Of a DNA stretch of 32,000 nt, positions 1 to 9,404 are shown piece after piece. The notes below the pieces were generated by a model that worked only from the letters and a program-made list of their open reading frames with translations, was not told the DNA's origin and did not search any database. Origin of the DNA: Demequinaceae bacterium (GTDB lineage: Bacteria > Actinomycetota > Actinomycetes > Actinomycetales > Demequinaceae); NCBI GenBank assembly GCA_965250005.1, contig OZ252279.1:360001-392000 (forward strand). The letters run 5' to 3'. The stretch's first letter is position 1. Every line of letters starts with the position of its first letter. Both the position numbers and the translations under genes were made by a program.

Positions 1-1
1 G

Positions 2-337
2 ACGACGGTAGGCGAGCGACACCGCCACCGGTACGAGGTCAACAACAAATATCGTGAGCAGTTGGAGGGCGCGGGGTTTGTAGTCTCCGGCGAATCGCCC
101 GACAGTTCGCTAGTTGAATTCGTTGAACTGCCGCGCGAGGTGCACCCTTATTACGTCGCGACACAGTCGCACCCAGAATTCCTGTCCCGCCCGACTAAAG
201 CGCATCCTCTGTTTTCTGGACTTATCGCCGCCGCGATCGCGAAAAAGGCGGGCGCGGTCGAATCCAGTGCCGCAGCACAGCCAGATGTAGCCGGTGTCGC
301 GGCCAAGCCCGGTCCAGCCGCTTTGGCAGCGTCTTAG
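2..337 (+). CDS. pyrG: CTP synthase, C-terminal (glutamine amidotransferase) part; 5' end lies outside the window
   Basis: The frame is open from the window edge. The translation reads [30 protein letters not shown]...[15 protein letters not shown], the typical CTP synthase GATase C-terminus. Stop TAG at 335-337. Confidence 0.85.
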   Translation, partial: TTVGERHRHRYEVNNKYREQLEGAGFVVSGESPDSSLVEFVELPREVHPYYVATQSHPEFLSRPTKAHPLFSGLIAAAIAKKAGAVESSAAAQPDVAGVAAKPGPAALAAS

Positions 338-997
338 TTGGCGCGGCGCGGGAAGTCCTCGGCGAAGGAACGGGCTGGCGCGCTCCCGCTTGCGGATGCG
401 CCGTCGCATCGGCACGTGCTTGAGCGCAGGGTCGCTTTTGAGGGACACGTTTGGGACATCGTCTCGGAGACCATAGATCTTGGCGATGACGTGATTGTCC
501 ACCGCGACTATGTCGATCACCCGGGTGCCGTAGCGATCGTAGCCATGCGCGACTCTGGCGAGGTTCTGCTGCTGCAGCAATACCGCCACCCGGTCGGGCG
601 CGAAATTTGGGAGCCGCCGGCCGGCCTGCTCGACTCGCCGATCGAGGAACCGCTCGACGCCGCCAAGCGGGAGCTCTTCGAGGAAGCCGACCTCGAGGCA
701 GACACCTGGCATGTACTGCTAGACCTGATGACGTCGCCTGGGGGAAGTTCTGAAGCAATAAGAATCTACCTGGCGCGCGACCTGCGCGAGGTTCCTGCGC
801 CGCAGCGATTTACCCGCGAAGCGGAAGAGAAGGATATGGTGCCGCGTTGGGTGACCGTCGACGAGGCACTTGAGGCGGTGATCGCTGGAAAGATATCCGG
901 ACCGACTGCGGTATCGGGGCTCTTCGCAGTTGATGCCGCCCGCCGCGCGAAATGGCGGACACTCAAACGGGCCGACGCGGACTGGGATCGACCGTAA
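338..997 (+). CDS. Nudix hydrolase (ADP-ribose pyrophosphatase-like)
   Basis: 219-aa ORF with a Nudix-box-like segment, PPAGLLDSPIEEPLDAAKRELFEEADLE. It sits directly after pyrG, as in other actinobacteria. The TTG start abuts the pyrG stop, so the exact start is uncertain. Confidence 0.8.
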   Translation: MARRGKSSAKERAGALPLADAPSHRHVLERRVAFEGHVWDIVSETIDLGDDVIVHRDYVDHPGAVAIVAMRDSGEVLLLQQYRHPVGREIWEPPAGLLDSPIEEPLDAAKRELFEEADLEADTWHVLLDLMTSPGGSSEAIRIYLARDLREVPAPQRFTREAEEKDMVPRWVTVDEALEAVIAGKISGPTAVSGLFAVDAARRAKWRTLKRADADWDRP

Positions 998-1038
998 ACT
1001 TCGCGAGCGCACGGGCTACGCGCACCGCGGCCACACAC

Positions 1039-1695
1039 CTATTCGATTGGCCGAAATACTCCGGTGATGCTACCTACCGCAAGGACGTGGTCGCGCGACA
1101 GCGAAGTGAACTCCTCGACGCGGAACGAGTCGACCCATTCGAGTTCGGTGTCTAGCGCCCAGACAGTGAACACGTAGTTGTGTCCCGGGTCCGGAGGGCA
1201 CGGACCAAAGTAGCCAGCGGTGCCCGCGTTGCTTACGCCTTCGGCACCGGCGAGCGTCACGCTGGCGCCGGCATCGAGTGAGGTTACGTCGGCGGGAATG
1301 TTCACGTGCAGCCAGTGCGACCAGTTTTGAAACGAGGTGTCGCTCATGGTGAGCGCGAACGTCACCGTGCCTTCCGGGGCTCCCTCCCAAGCGAGTTGTG
1401 GGTTGAGGTTGTCGCCTGTGCATTGGCCGCCAAATGCGCTCGCGCTGAAGCGCGGATCGAGATTGTCGCCGTCAGCGAAGTCGGTACTGGTAAGTGTCAT
1501 GACGCCGATTTCGGCGACGATAACCGTGGGCGTGGGCGTGGGCGTGGGCGTGGGCGTGGGCTCAGGCGCGGCTGAGGGGGAGCAGGCAGCGAGGGCCGAG
1601 GCGAGCACGAGCGCGGTCGCGCCGGTCGCGATGCGGGGAAGGGAACTCGAGGCGGGCTCCAGGAGCGAAATGTCTTTTTTGGTCATGCGGTGCAT
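1039..1695 (-). CDS. PEBP (YbhB/YbcL) family lipoprotein, paralog 1
   Basis: Signal peptide plus lipobox (LASALAAC|S), a (PT)6 linker, then a PEBP core with NPQLAW and the GYFGPCPPDPGHNYVFTVWALD signature. An alternative ATG lies at 1686. Confidence 0.8.
   Translation of the reverse strand: MHRMTKKDISLLEPASSSLPRIATGATALVLASALAACSPSAAPEPTPTPTPTPTPTVIVAEIGVMTLTSTDFADGDNLDPRFSASAFGGQCTGDNLNPQLAWEGAPEGTVTFALTMSDTSFQNWSHWLHVNIPADVTSLDAGASVTLAGAEGVSNAGTAGYFGPCPPDPGHNYVFTVWALDTELEWVDSFRVEEFTSLSRDHVLAVGSITGVFRPIE
1525..1560. repeat. Perfect hexanucleotide microsatellite (CGTGGG)x6, encoding the (PT)6 linker on the minus strand
   Basis: Read directly: cgtggg repeated six times without interruption at 1525-1560, inside the lipoprotein linker (EPTPTPTPTPTPTV). 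Confidence 0.95.
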
Positions 1696-1766
1696 TCTCG
1701 CATGGTGGGGGTAGGGTTCTGGAGACGTTCGCGGCGCTGCAATCGAAACGTGACGTGCGCCGTCTT

Positions 1767-2678
1767 TCAGTGCGTCGCTACGCGAAGCGCCCGGGCCCTC
1801 TGCGTCAGCGCGAACATCGCGGAATGCGCGACGGTAAACACGCCGATGCCGAGGAGGTGGATGCCCACGACGAGTGCTGGCAGTCCGTTGAAGTACTGGA
1901 TGTAGCCGACCGCTCCTTGCGCCAACGTGGCGACGATCATGAATACCACCGAAGCGCGCGCGGCATGATCGCCATCCTCAGCCCTGCGGCGCCACAGCGA
2001 GAACGCTATGAGCCCCACGACGACTACAAAAAGCCACACGGGAAGCGCGTGCGCGCGCGAGATGGACTCGTGGTCGAGGGCTAGTCGCTCGGTCTGGTCG
2101 GCGTCGCCCGAGTGCGGACCGGTCGCAGTAGTCAGCACGCCAAGGAACGCGAGCGCCGCGAACAACACAAGTGACGCCCAGCGGTGAACGACCAGAGAGG
2201 GCCCCGCGGCGCGCGGCCGGTACTCCTTGAGCCGCAAGGCGATCCACGTTGACACCCACACGAGCATGATGGAGAGCAGCATGTGCGGCCCGACGACGCG
2301 CGGGTCGAGGTCGACGCGCACCGTGATTGCTCCGAGAACCGCCTGAGCGAAGACACCGACCACTGGCACAAGACCCCACCACCGCAACTCGCGCGACGCG
2401 CGCCAAACTGCGATTGCCATAGCGAGCGCGATAATTCCGAGCACCACGGTGGCGAGCCGGTTGCCAAACTCGATTGCCGTATGGGCGTCCAGATTAGCCA
2501 AATCCGGCAAGAAACTGTCCGGTTCACATTTGGGGGCCGTCGAGCAGCCGAGCCCCGAACCACTGAGCCGCACGGCACCTCCGGTGACAATAATCGCGAC
2601 TTGCGCGACGACATTGGCAACGGCGAGGCCAGATGCGCGGGACACGAGGGCGTCTGCTGCGCGAGAAAATGGGCTCAT
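1767..2678 (-). CDS. ctaA: Heme A synthase / COX15-CtaA family cytochrome oxidase assembly protein
   Basis: Polytopic membrane protein with an N-terminal GGAVRLSGSGLGC...PKC motif and repeated His-containing helices, typical of CtaA. The ORF is open to 2807, but the upstream 43 codons have visibly low GC3, so I prefer the ATG at 2678 (MSPFSRAAD...). Confidence 0.8.
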   Translation of the reverse strand: MSPFSRAADALVSRASGLAVANVVAQVAIIVTGGAVRLSGSGLGCSTAPKCEPDSFLPDLANLDAHTAIEFGNRLATVVLGIIALAMAIAVWRASRELRWWGLVPVVGVFAQAVLGAITVRVDLDPRVVGPHMLLSIMLVWVSTWIALRLKEYRPRAAGPSLVVHRWASLVLFAALAFLGVLTTATGPHSGDADQTERLALDHESISRAHALPVWLFVVVVGLIAFSLWRRRAEDGDHAARASVVFMIVATLAQGAVGYIQYFNGLPALVVGIHLLGIGVFTVAHSAMFALTQRARALRVATH

Positions 2679-2871
2679 GGCGGCGTCTCGGCCTAGGAGA
2701 CGAAGCGGAGAGGGGTTGAGGTCACCCGTCAATCCTAGGGCCGGCCCAGCGGGGCCAGGACCGCCCGAAGCAAGGATGACCTTATTTGCGGGATTGGAAT
2801 CAGGCAACGAGAATCTTCTCCAATCGGAGGGGCGGGCGCTGCTCCAAAGTCCATGCTTACAAGCCTAGCGA

Positions 2872-2900
2872 GGCCGGGCCGCTTGTGTGCGCGCCCGGCT
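2872..2900 (-). terminator. Candidate stem-loop terminator downstream of the second PEBP lipoprotein gene
   Basis: GCCGGGC (2873-2879) and GCCCGGC (2893-2899) form a perfect 7-bp GC stem around a 13-nt loop, 16 nt beyond the stop at 2916. There is no clear U-tract. Confidence 0.35.
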
Positions 2901-2915
2901 TCGCTGTACGGGTCT

Positions 2916-3518
2916 CTAGCTCACGGGAGCGGGAGGTCCGCTGCGGACGCCGGTTAGCGTGACCTGGTCGAGGATGTGCCCCTGTGAACTCGCGGTGAAC
3001 TCTTCCAACGTCATGCCGCCATCTCCCACCTCGGAGTCGAGAGCGAACAGCGTCAACTCGTAGTCGTGGTCGGCATCCCATTCGGGGCACGGGCCGATGT
3101 AGTACTCGTAATCGAGGAAGTTCCGGCCCTCGTCTCCGTCGAGCAGCCAGTACTCGCCGGTCTCAATGGATGTCGCGACGCCAGGGATGTTGTACGAGAG
3201 CCAGAGTGTGTGGACGTCGCCGTCGGTAACGTCCGCGAAATGAATCGCAAAGTGGGTGGTGCCCTCGGGCCCTGCATTCCATGTGAGTTGAGGGCTCTGG
3301 CCCGGGCCGTCGCAATACTCGTACGCGTTGGCCAGCGTCGTGTCCGCGAGCACTGCTCCTCCACCGATGTCCGTGCTCGTCAGAGTAAGCGGACCGTGCG
3401 CGACCGAGCTGGATGAGGGTGACGGCTCTGGCGTTGCGCCGGGACCGGCCGGATCCGTGGCGCAGGCCGTCAGAGCGACTGCGAGCAGAGGTAGCGCGAG
3501 GGCTGCGGTGATCTTCAT
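2916..3518 (-). CDS. PEBP (YbhB/YbcL) family lipoprotein, paralog 2
   Basis: MKITAALALPLLAVALTAC|A signal peptide and lipobox, a P/S-rich linker, and a PEBP core with SPQLTW and YYIGPCPEWDADHDYELTLFALD. The ATG at 3518 follows a CCAAGGAGAAATC Shine-Dalgarno sequence. The ORF-track start at 3575 is probably an over-extension. Confidence 0.8.
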   Translation of the reverse strand: MKITAALALPLLAVALTACATDPAGPGATPEPSPSSSSVAHGPLTLTSTDIGGGAVLADTTLANAYEYCDGPGQSPQLTWNAGPEGTTHFAIHFADVTDGDVHTLWLSYNIPGVATSIETGEYWLLDGDEGRNFLDYEYYIGPCPEWDADHDYELTLFALDSEVGDGGMTLEEFTASSQGHILDQVTLTGVRSGPPAPVS

Positions 3519-3641
3519 GATTTCTCCTTGGGGTGGCTGGTGTGCGACCGTTGCTGACGTAACAACGTTACACATCTTGCCACGACAGAGCCACGCCAGG
3601 CGCCCAGGTAAGGCTCGCCTTGCTTGCGCGAAATGAATTAG

Positions 3642-3657
3642 GCAACAAGACTGTTGC
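3642..3657. promoter_or_regulatory. Perfect palindrome GCAACA-AGAC-TGTTGC (contains CAAC-N6-GTTG); candidate SufR operator in the sufR promoter region
   Basis: Read directly. It lies in the only AT-rich patch (aattaggcaacaagactgttgctaattaatagg), about 55 nt upstream of the sufR ATG at 3712, next to a TAATTAAT -10-like tract. Confidence 0.45.
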
Positions 3658-3711
3658 TAATTAATAGGACCGGCGCGGAGGTGCCGTGACTGCGAACGCG
3701 AGGGAGGCGAT

Positions 3712-4368
3712 ATGGCAAACGACGAGACGACGCGCCAACGCATCCTTGGGCTGATCGCATCAGCGGGCCCGATTACGGCGGCGGCCATCGCTGACGAACT
3801 CGGCGTGACGCCAGCCGGCATTCGCAGGCACCTGTCGCTCCTTACCGAACAAGAGCACATTTGCGAGCACGAGGCGTTGGGCGCTGTGGACCGCGGCCGG
3901 GGCCGGCCGGCGCGCTCCTACGTCGCGACCCCCGAGGGTCAACGCGCACTCCAAAACGCCTACAGCGACGTCGCCACCGATGCGCTCACGCACATGCGTG
4001 CCGAGGGCCAGCTTGATGCCTTCGTCGTGGCCCAGGCAGCGCGCCTGGAGATAGAGCTCAGCGCAGCGGTTGACCGCAGTGCGCCTGTGGCAGACCGCGT
4101 TGACGCCGTGGCTGCTGCCTTGGACGTGCACGGGTACGCCACGTCCGTGCGACCGGTGCCGGGCGGCTACGCCGTTCAGTTGTGTCAGGGCCACTGCCCA
4201 GTTCAGCGTGTTGCCGAGGCCGTACCCGAATGGTGCGAAGCCGAAACCCAAGCAATCTCCCGAGTACTCGACGTTCACGTTCAGCGGCTGTCCACCCTCG
4301 CGGGCGGCGCTCACGTGTGCACAACTAACATCCCGCTGACCCCAGTGGGCTCCCCGGAGGGTAACTGA
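3712..4368 (+). CDS. sufR: SufR-type transcriptional repressor of the suf operon (winged HTH plus C-terminal Cys cluster)
   Basis: N-terminal HTH ([34 protein letters not shown]). C-terminal cysteines (CQGHCPV...WCEAE...HVCTT) fit a 4Fe-4S ligand set. The stop overlaps the sufB start (TGATG). Confidence 0.8.
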   Translation: MANDETTRQRILGLIASAGPITAAAIADELGVTPAGIRRHLSLLTEQEHICEHEALGAVDRGRGRPARSYVATPEGQRALQNAYSDVATDALTHMRAEGQLDAFVVAQAARLEIELSAAVDRSAPVADRVDAVAAALDVHGYATSVRPVPGGYAVQLCQGHCPVQRVAEAVPEWCEAETQAISRVLDVHVQRLSTLAGGAHVCTTNIPLTPVGSPEGN

Positions 4369-5819
4369 TGACAACCCAGGCAGAAGGCGTCCCCGCGACG
4401 CAAAGCCCCTCGCTCACACAAGAGGAAACGATTGCGTCGATCGGTACGTATGAGTATGGATGGCACGACGGCGATGCCGCCGGCCAGTCCGCCAAGCGTG
4501 GACTGAGCGAAGAGGTGGTGCGCAACATATCGGCACTCAAGGACGAGCCGCAGTGGATGCTCGACACGCGCCTCAAGGGACTCAAGTTGTTTGGCAAGAA
4601 GCCCATGCCCACATGGGGTAGCGACCTGACCGGTATCGACTTCGACAGCATTAAATACTTTGTGCGCTCCACCGAGAAGCAAGCGGAGTCCTGGGAAGAT
4701 CTTCCCGACGACATCAAAGAGACGTACGACCGCTTGGGCATTCCCGAGGCAGAAAAACAGCGCCTGGTCGCAGGCGTCGCCGCGCAGTACGAGTCCGAGG
4801 TGGTGTACCACCAGATTCGCGAAGACCTCGAGGAGCAGGGCGTGCTCTTCCTCGACACCGACACGGCGCTCAAGGAACATCCGGAGATGTTCAAGGAGTA
4901 CTTCGGCACGGTAATCCCCGTGGGTGACAACAAGTTCGCCGCGCTCAACACGTCGGTGTGGTCGGGGGGTTCGTTCGTCTACGTCCCGCCGGGCGTGCAT
5001 GTGGAGATTCCGCTCCAGGCCTACTTCCGCATCAACACGGAAAATATGGGGCAGTTCGAACGCACGTTGATCATCGCCGACGAGGGCTCGTATGTGCACT
5101 ACGTCGAGGGATGTACCGCGCCCATCTACTCGAGCGATTCTCTGCACAGTGCGGTGGTCGAAATCATCGTGAAGAAGAACGCTCGCGTGCGCTACACGAC
5201 CATCCAGAACTGGTCGAACAACGTCTACAACTTGGTCACCAAGCGCGCGACGGCTGCCGAGGGCGCCACCATGGAGTGGGTGGACGGCAACATCGGCTCC
5301 AAGGTGACCATGAAGTATCCCGCGATATTCATGCTTGGCGAGCACGCACGCGGCGAGACGCTGTCGATTGCGTTCGCCGGTACCGGCCAGCACCAGGACG
5401 CGGGGGCCAAGATGGTGCACGCCGCACCCAACACCTCCTCGAGCATCGTCTCGAAGTCCGTTGCGCGAGGCGGTGGGCGCACCTCCTACCGAGGGCTCGT
5501 TCAGGTGCTAGAGGGCGCGCACGGCTCCAAGTCCAACGTCCTGTGCGATGCGCTCCTGGTGGACCAGATCTCGCGATCGGACACGTACCCCTATGTGGAT
5601 GTGCGCGAGGACGACGTGTCAATGGGTCACGAGGCAACCGTGTCTCGCGTGAGCGAAGACCAACTCTTCTACCTGATGAGCCGCGGGCTCAACGAGTCTG
5701 AGGCCATGGCCATGATCGTGCGCGGCTTCATCGAGCCCATCGCGCGCGAGCTTCCCATGGAGTACGCGCTCGAGTTGAATCGCCTTATCGAAATGCAGAT
5801 GGAAGGATCCGTCGGTTGA
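4368..5819 (+). CDS. sufB: Fe-S cluster assembly scaffold protein SufB (no intein)
   Basis: 483 aa with strong SufB hallmarks ([58 protein letters not shown]). Confidence 0.95.
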   Translation: MTTQAEGVPATQSPSLTQEETIASIGTYEYGWHDGDAAGQSAKRGLSEEVVRNISALKDEPQWMLDTRLKGLKLFGKKPMPTWGSDLTGIDFDSIKYFVRSTEKQAESWEDLPDDIKETYDRLGIPEAEKQRLVAGVAAQYESEVVYHQIREDLEEQGVLFLDTDTALKEHPEMFKEYFGTVIPVGDNKFAALNTSVWSGGSFVYVPPGVHVEIPLQAYFRINTENMGQFERTLIIADEGSYVHYVEGCTAPIYSSDSLHSAVVEIIVKKNARVRYTTIQNWSNNVYNLVTKRATAAEGATMEWVDGNIGSKVTMKYPAIFMLGEHARGETLSIAFAGTGQHQDAGAKMVHAAPNTSSSIVSKSVARGGGRTSYRGLVQVLEGAHGSKSNVLCDALLVDQISRSDTYPYVDVREDDVSMGHEATVSRVSEDQLFYLMSRGLNESEAMAMIVRGFIEPIARELPMEYALELNRLIEMQMEGSVG

Positions 5820-7000
5820 CCGCCACCAGCACAGACCACAGCAAGGCCAAAGCGGACGGCACGCACACGCACGGAGCGGCATCCACGCCGCCCGAGGCGT
5901 CGCGCGCCGCGAGGCCCACATCCTTTGACGTCGCCGACTTCGTCGTTCCAGGGGGGCGCGAGGAGGAGTGGCGCTTCTCTCCGTTGCGCGTGCTCGCGCC
6001 GCTCTTTGCCGACAAGCTCACGGGCGCGGGCGTGTCAACCACCGTCGAGGCGCCAGACGGCGTTTCCGTCATCGAGGTTGCGTCAGCAGATAGATTCGCG
6101 ATCACCAGCGCTCCCGGAGACCGTGTCGCCGCGGCCTCGTGGGCTTCTGCGCCGCACGCGACACGCGTCGAGCTGCCAGCGAACGTCAAGCAGGATGCTC
6201 CCGTGAGCATCATGGTCGCCGGCACCGGGGGAGACGCGACGGCGCTCCACATTCAGGTGACGGCGGCCCCGTTCGCCGAGGGAACTGTGGTCATCGACCA
6301 CACGGGTTCAGCAACCGTCGCCGAGACGGTGGAGATCGTGGCCGAGGACGGCGCACAACTCACCGTTGTCTCCATTCACGACTGGGACCACGACGCCGTT
6401 CACAACTCGTCGCACCGCGCCCGGATTGGCCGCGACGCCAATCTCAAGCACGTGGTGGTGACCCTAGGCGGCAAGGCCGTCCGCGTGACCCCGGACGCCG
6501 AGTTCACTGGGCCCGGCGGCTCAGTCGACATGTACGGCCTCTACTTTGCCGACGCAGGCCAGCACCAAGAGCACCGCCTGTTCGTGGACCACGGAGTCCC
6601 CGATTGCCGCTCTCGCGTGACCTACAAGGGCGCGCTCGCAGGCGAGTCGGCTCGCACTGTGTGGATCGGCGACGTGCTGATTCGCAAGGCAGCAGTGGGC
6701 ACAGACACCTACGAGCTCAACCGCAACTTGGTTCTCACGGATGGCGCGCGCGCGGACTCGGTCCCGAACCTCGAAATCGAGACAGGCGAGATCGCGGGTG
6801 CGGGCCACGCCAGTGCGACGGGCCGCTTCGACGAGGAGCAACTCTTCTACTTGCGCTCGCGCGGCATCAGTGAGGACCAGGCCCGCAAGTTGGTGGTGCG
6901 CGGCTTCTTCGCTGATCTCATCAGGCAAATCGACGTCGCGGACTTGGAGCAGCGGCTCTCACACGCGATCGACGCAGAACTCGAGGCCACGGATGACTGA
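5816..7000 (+). CDS. sufD: Fe-S cluster assembly protein SufD
   Basis: 394 aa with a SufB/D-family C-terminal beta-helix ([22 protein letters not shown]). The TTG start overlaps the sufB stop (TTGA). Confidence 0.9.
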   Translation: MTATSTDHSKAKADGTHTHGAASTPPEASRAARPTSFDVADFVVPGGREEEWRFSPLRVLAPLFADKLTGAGVSTTVEAPDGVSVIEVASADRFAITSAPGDRVAAASWASAPHATRVELPANVKQDAPVSIMVAGTGGDATALHIQVTAAPFAEGTVVIDHTGSATVAETVEIVAEDGAQLTVVSIHDWDHDAVHNSSHRARIGRDANLKHVVVTLGGKAVRVTPDAEFTGPGGSVDMYGLYFADAGQHQEHRLFVDHGVPDCRSRVTYKGALAGESARTVWIGDVLIRKAAVGTDTYELNRNLVLTDGARADSVPNLEIETGEIAGAGHASATGRFDEEQLFYLRSRGISEDQARKLVVRGFFADLIRQIDVADLEQRLSHAIDAELEATDD

Positions 7001-7349
7001 GCATTTAGCTGCCTACGTTGCCGACATCCCCAAGGGCGAGGCCATCCAGTCGATCTTGACTGAGGCCGACGGCACCGAGGCCCCCGTGGCTGTGTTCCAC
7101 ATGGACGACGGCGCAATCTACGCGATCGGCGACGTCTGCACGCACGGCGAGGTGTCACTTTCCGAGGGTGAGATCGAAGGTTGCGAGGTCGAATGCTGGG
7201 CGCACGGCGGACGCTTCGACGTTCGCACCGGCGTCGCCACCGAGCTGCCAGCCATCCAACCCGTCAAGGCATACCCCGTACGTATCGACGGCGAGCGCGT
7301 GCTCGTGGACGTCGACAACCCCATCGTGTCAACCAAGGAGAACGCATGA
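6993..7349 (+). CDS. Rieske [2Fe-2S] ferredoxin (non-heme iron oxygenase ferredoxin subunit-like) embedded in the suf operon
   Basis: 118 aa from the ATG at 6993 ([16 protein letters not shown]). Rieske ligand motifs CTHGEVSL...CWAHGGRF are present. The start overlaps the sufD stop (ATGACTGA) and the stop overlaps the sufC start. Confidence 0.85.
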   Translation: MTEHLAAYVADIPKGEAIQSILTEADGTEAPVAVFHMDDGAIYAIGDVCTHGEVSLSEGEIEGCEVECWAHGGRFDVRTGVATELPAIQPVKAYPVRIDGERVLVDVDNPIVSTKENA

Positions 7350-8101
7350 GCACCCTGGACATTAGGAACCTCCACGTGAGCGTGGAGACCAACGAAGGAA
7401 CCAAGCAGATTCTGCGTGGCGTGGACCTGACCATTGAATCCGGCCAGACGCACGCGATCATGGGGCCCAACGGCTCCGGTAAGTCGACACTCGCGTATTC
7501 GCTGGCGGGCCACCCCAAGTACACCGTCACCGAGGGCTCGGTTACGCTCAACGGCGCGGATGTGCTCGCGATGTCGGTCGACGAGCGCGCCAAGGCGGGA
7601 CTGTTCCTCGCGATGCAATACCCGGTAGAGGTGCCGGGCGTCTCGGTCACCAACTTCCTCCGCACCGCGAAGACCGCTCTCGATGGCGAAGCTCCCAAGC
7701 TTCGTACGTGGGTCAAGGACGTCCGCGGGGCGATGGAGGAGTTACGCATGGACCCGGCGTTCGCCGAGCGCAACGTCAACGAAGGTTTCTCGGGCGGAGA
7801 GAAGAAGCGCCACGAGATTCTGCAGATGGAACTGCTGAGGCCCAAGTTCGCGATTCTTGACGAGACGGACTCGGGGCTCGACGTAGACGCGCTTCGCGTG
7901 GTCGCCGAGGGCGTCAACCGCGCCAAGGAGGCGACTGGTGCCGGAGTTCTTCTCATCACGCACTACACCCGCATCCTGAAGTACATTGATCCCGACTTCG
8001 TGCACGTTTTTGTCGAAGGAAAAATCGCCGAGGAAGGCGGCCCAGAGTTGGCCGAGCGCCTCGAATCCGAAGGCTATGACAGGTTCTTCACCAAGGCATA
8101 A
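7346..8101 (+). CDS. sufC: Fe-S cluster assembly ATPase SufC
   Basis: MSTLDIRNLHVSV..., Walker A GPNGSGKST, signature FSGGEKKR and Walker B ILDETDSGLD. The ATG at 7346 overlaps the Rieske gene stop. Confidence 0.95.
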   Translation: MSTLDIRNLHVSVETNEGTKQILRGVDLTIESGQTHAIMGPNGSGKSTLAYSLAGHPKYTVTEGSVTLNGADVLAMSVDERAKAGLFLAMQYPVEVPGVSVTNFLRTAKTALDGEAPKLRTWVKDVRGAMEELRMDPAFAERNVNEGFSGGEKKRHEILQMELLRPKFAILDETDSGLDVDALRVVAEGVNRAKEATGAGVLLITHYTRILKYIDPDFVHVFVEGKIAEEGGPELAERLESEGYDRFFTKA

Positions 8102-8123
8102 TCGCTACCTAAGGTCGAAAAAG

Positions 8124-9404
8124 ATGACACTTCCTGACGTCCGATCAGATTTCCCGCTCCTCGCTCGCGAAGGCCGCAATGGCAAGCAATTGGTCTACCT
8201 CGATTCGGGCGCTACCTCGCAAAAGCCGAGCGCGGTGCTCGACGCCGAGGCGGACTTCTATCGACTCCACAATGGAGCGGTACTTCGCGGCGCCCACATC
8301 TTGGCCGAAGAGGCCACTGAGGCCTTCGAGTCCGCGCGCGTCGACGTCGCTAAGCTCATTGGCGCGGACGTCAGCGAGGTCGTGTGGACCGCGAACGCCA
8401 CAGCGTCCATCAACATCATCGCCAATGGCTTCGGCAACGCCTCACTCGGACGAGGAGGCGCGGAAGCCCGCCAGTTTGCGCTTGGCCCCGGCGACCGCAT
8501 CGTTATTACGGAGGCCGAGCACCACGCGAACCTCATCCCGTGGCAGCAGCTCGCCGCACGCACCGGGGCAGAGCTGGCGTGGCTGCCGCTCGATTCCGAT
8601 GGCGTGCCGGTGCTCGACGATCTCGAGTCGATCGTGAACGAACGGACCAAGATACTCGCGTTCGCACATGCGAGCAACGTCACCGGCATCATCGGACAGG
8701 TGGCAACGCTCGTGGCGCGGGCCAAAGCCGTGGGCGCGTTCACCCTGCTCGACGCCTGCCAGTCCGTGCCGCATATGCCCGTTGACGTCAAGGCGCTCGA
8801 CGTGGACTTTGCCGCGTTCTCTGGCCACAAGATGCTCGCGCCCACGGGCATCGGCGGGCTCTACGGCCGCCAGGAGCTGCTCGACGCGCTCCCTCCGTCC
8901 GTGTTCGGGGGATCAACCATCAAGACCGTGACTATGGAAGAGTCCACGTGGCTCGCGGCGCCCTCGCGGTTCGAGGCGGGGTCGCAGCCCGTGGCCCAGG
9001 CGGTGGGGCTCGGCGCAGCCGCGCGCTACATGATGGCGTTAGGTATGGAGGACGTTGAGGCTCACGACCAAATGCTGGGAGCGCGTCTGCGCGAAGGCGT
9101 GAGCCAGATCGAAGGCGTCCGGCTGCTTGGACCCGTCGGAGGCGACGGCGTCCACCAGGTGCTTGGGCTCGCCGCAGTCGTGGTTGAAGGCGTGCACGCA
9201 CACGACGTCGGCCAGGTGCTTGATGCCGCCGGGATTGCCGCACGAGTGGGACACCACTGCTCGCAGCCGCTGCATCGGCACTTTGGCGTGGCGAGCTCCA
9301 CACGCGCCTCGGTCCACGTCTACAACACCACGGACGACGTCGACGCTTTCCTCGATTCTCTTGCCGGCGTGCGGGCCTTCTTCGGTGCACTGGGGGCCGT
9401 GTGA
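8124..9404 (+). CDS. sufS: Cysteine desulfurase, SufS/Csd class II aminotransferase
   Basis: MTLPDVRSDFPLL...YLDSGATSQKP, a PLP-lysine region FSGHKMLAPTGIGGLYG and a C-terminal active-site region RVGHHCSQPL. ATG at 8124. Confidence 0.9.
   Translation: MTLPDVRSDFPLLAREGRNGKQLVYLDSGATSQKPSAVLDAEADFYRLHNGAVLRGAHILAEEATEAFESARVDVAKLIGADVSEVVWTANATASINIIANGFGNASLGRGGAEARQFALGPGDRIVITEAEHHANLIPWQQLAARTGAELAWLPLDSDGVPVLDDLESIVNERTKILAFAHASNVTGIIGQVATLVARAKAVGAFTLLDACQSVPHMPVDVKALDVDFAAFSGHKMLAPTGIGGLYGRQELLDALPPSVFGGSTIKTVTMEESTWLAAPSRFEAGSQPVAQAVGLGAAARYMMALGMEDVEAHDQMLGARLREGVSQIEGVRLLGPVGGDGVHQVLGLAAVVVEGVHAHDVGQVLDAAGIAARVGHHCSQPLHRHFGVASSTRASVHVYNTTDDVDAFLDSLAGVRAFFGALGAV

Noticed and set aside
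2679-2807. Longer ctaA start (ATG at 2807, adding 43 aa)
   Set aside because: By my count the extra codons have clearly lower GC3 (about 58 percent) than the gene body, and they encode a Gly/Pro-rich stretch not expected before the first CtaA TM helix. The ATG at 2678 gives a conventional N-terminus. This is not fully excluded, because a GGAG lies upstream of 2807.
5056-5071. LexA-box-like sequence TCGAAC-GCAC-GTTGAT inside sufB
   Set aside because: Only the left half-site is perfect; the right half matches 4 of 6. It lies deep inside a coding region with no promoter context.
4311-5420. 369-aa minus-strand ORF antisense to sufB
   Set aside because: It lies entirely opposite a strongly recognisable SufB coding sequence. 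Its composition is Arg/His/Val/Leu-rich and low in complexity, as expected from the reverse complement of GC3-biased codons. No motifs were recognised.
4368-5819. Possible intein in SufB, as in M. tuberculosis
   Set aside because: At 483 aa the protein is the normal intein-free length and reads as continuous SufB sequence.
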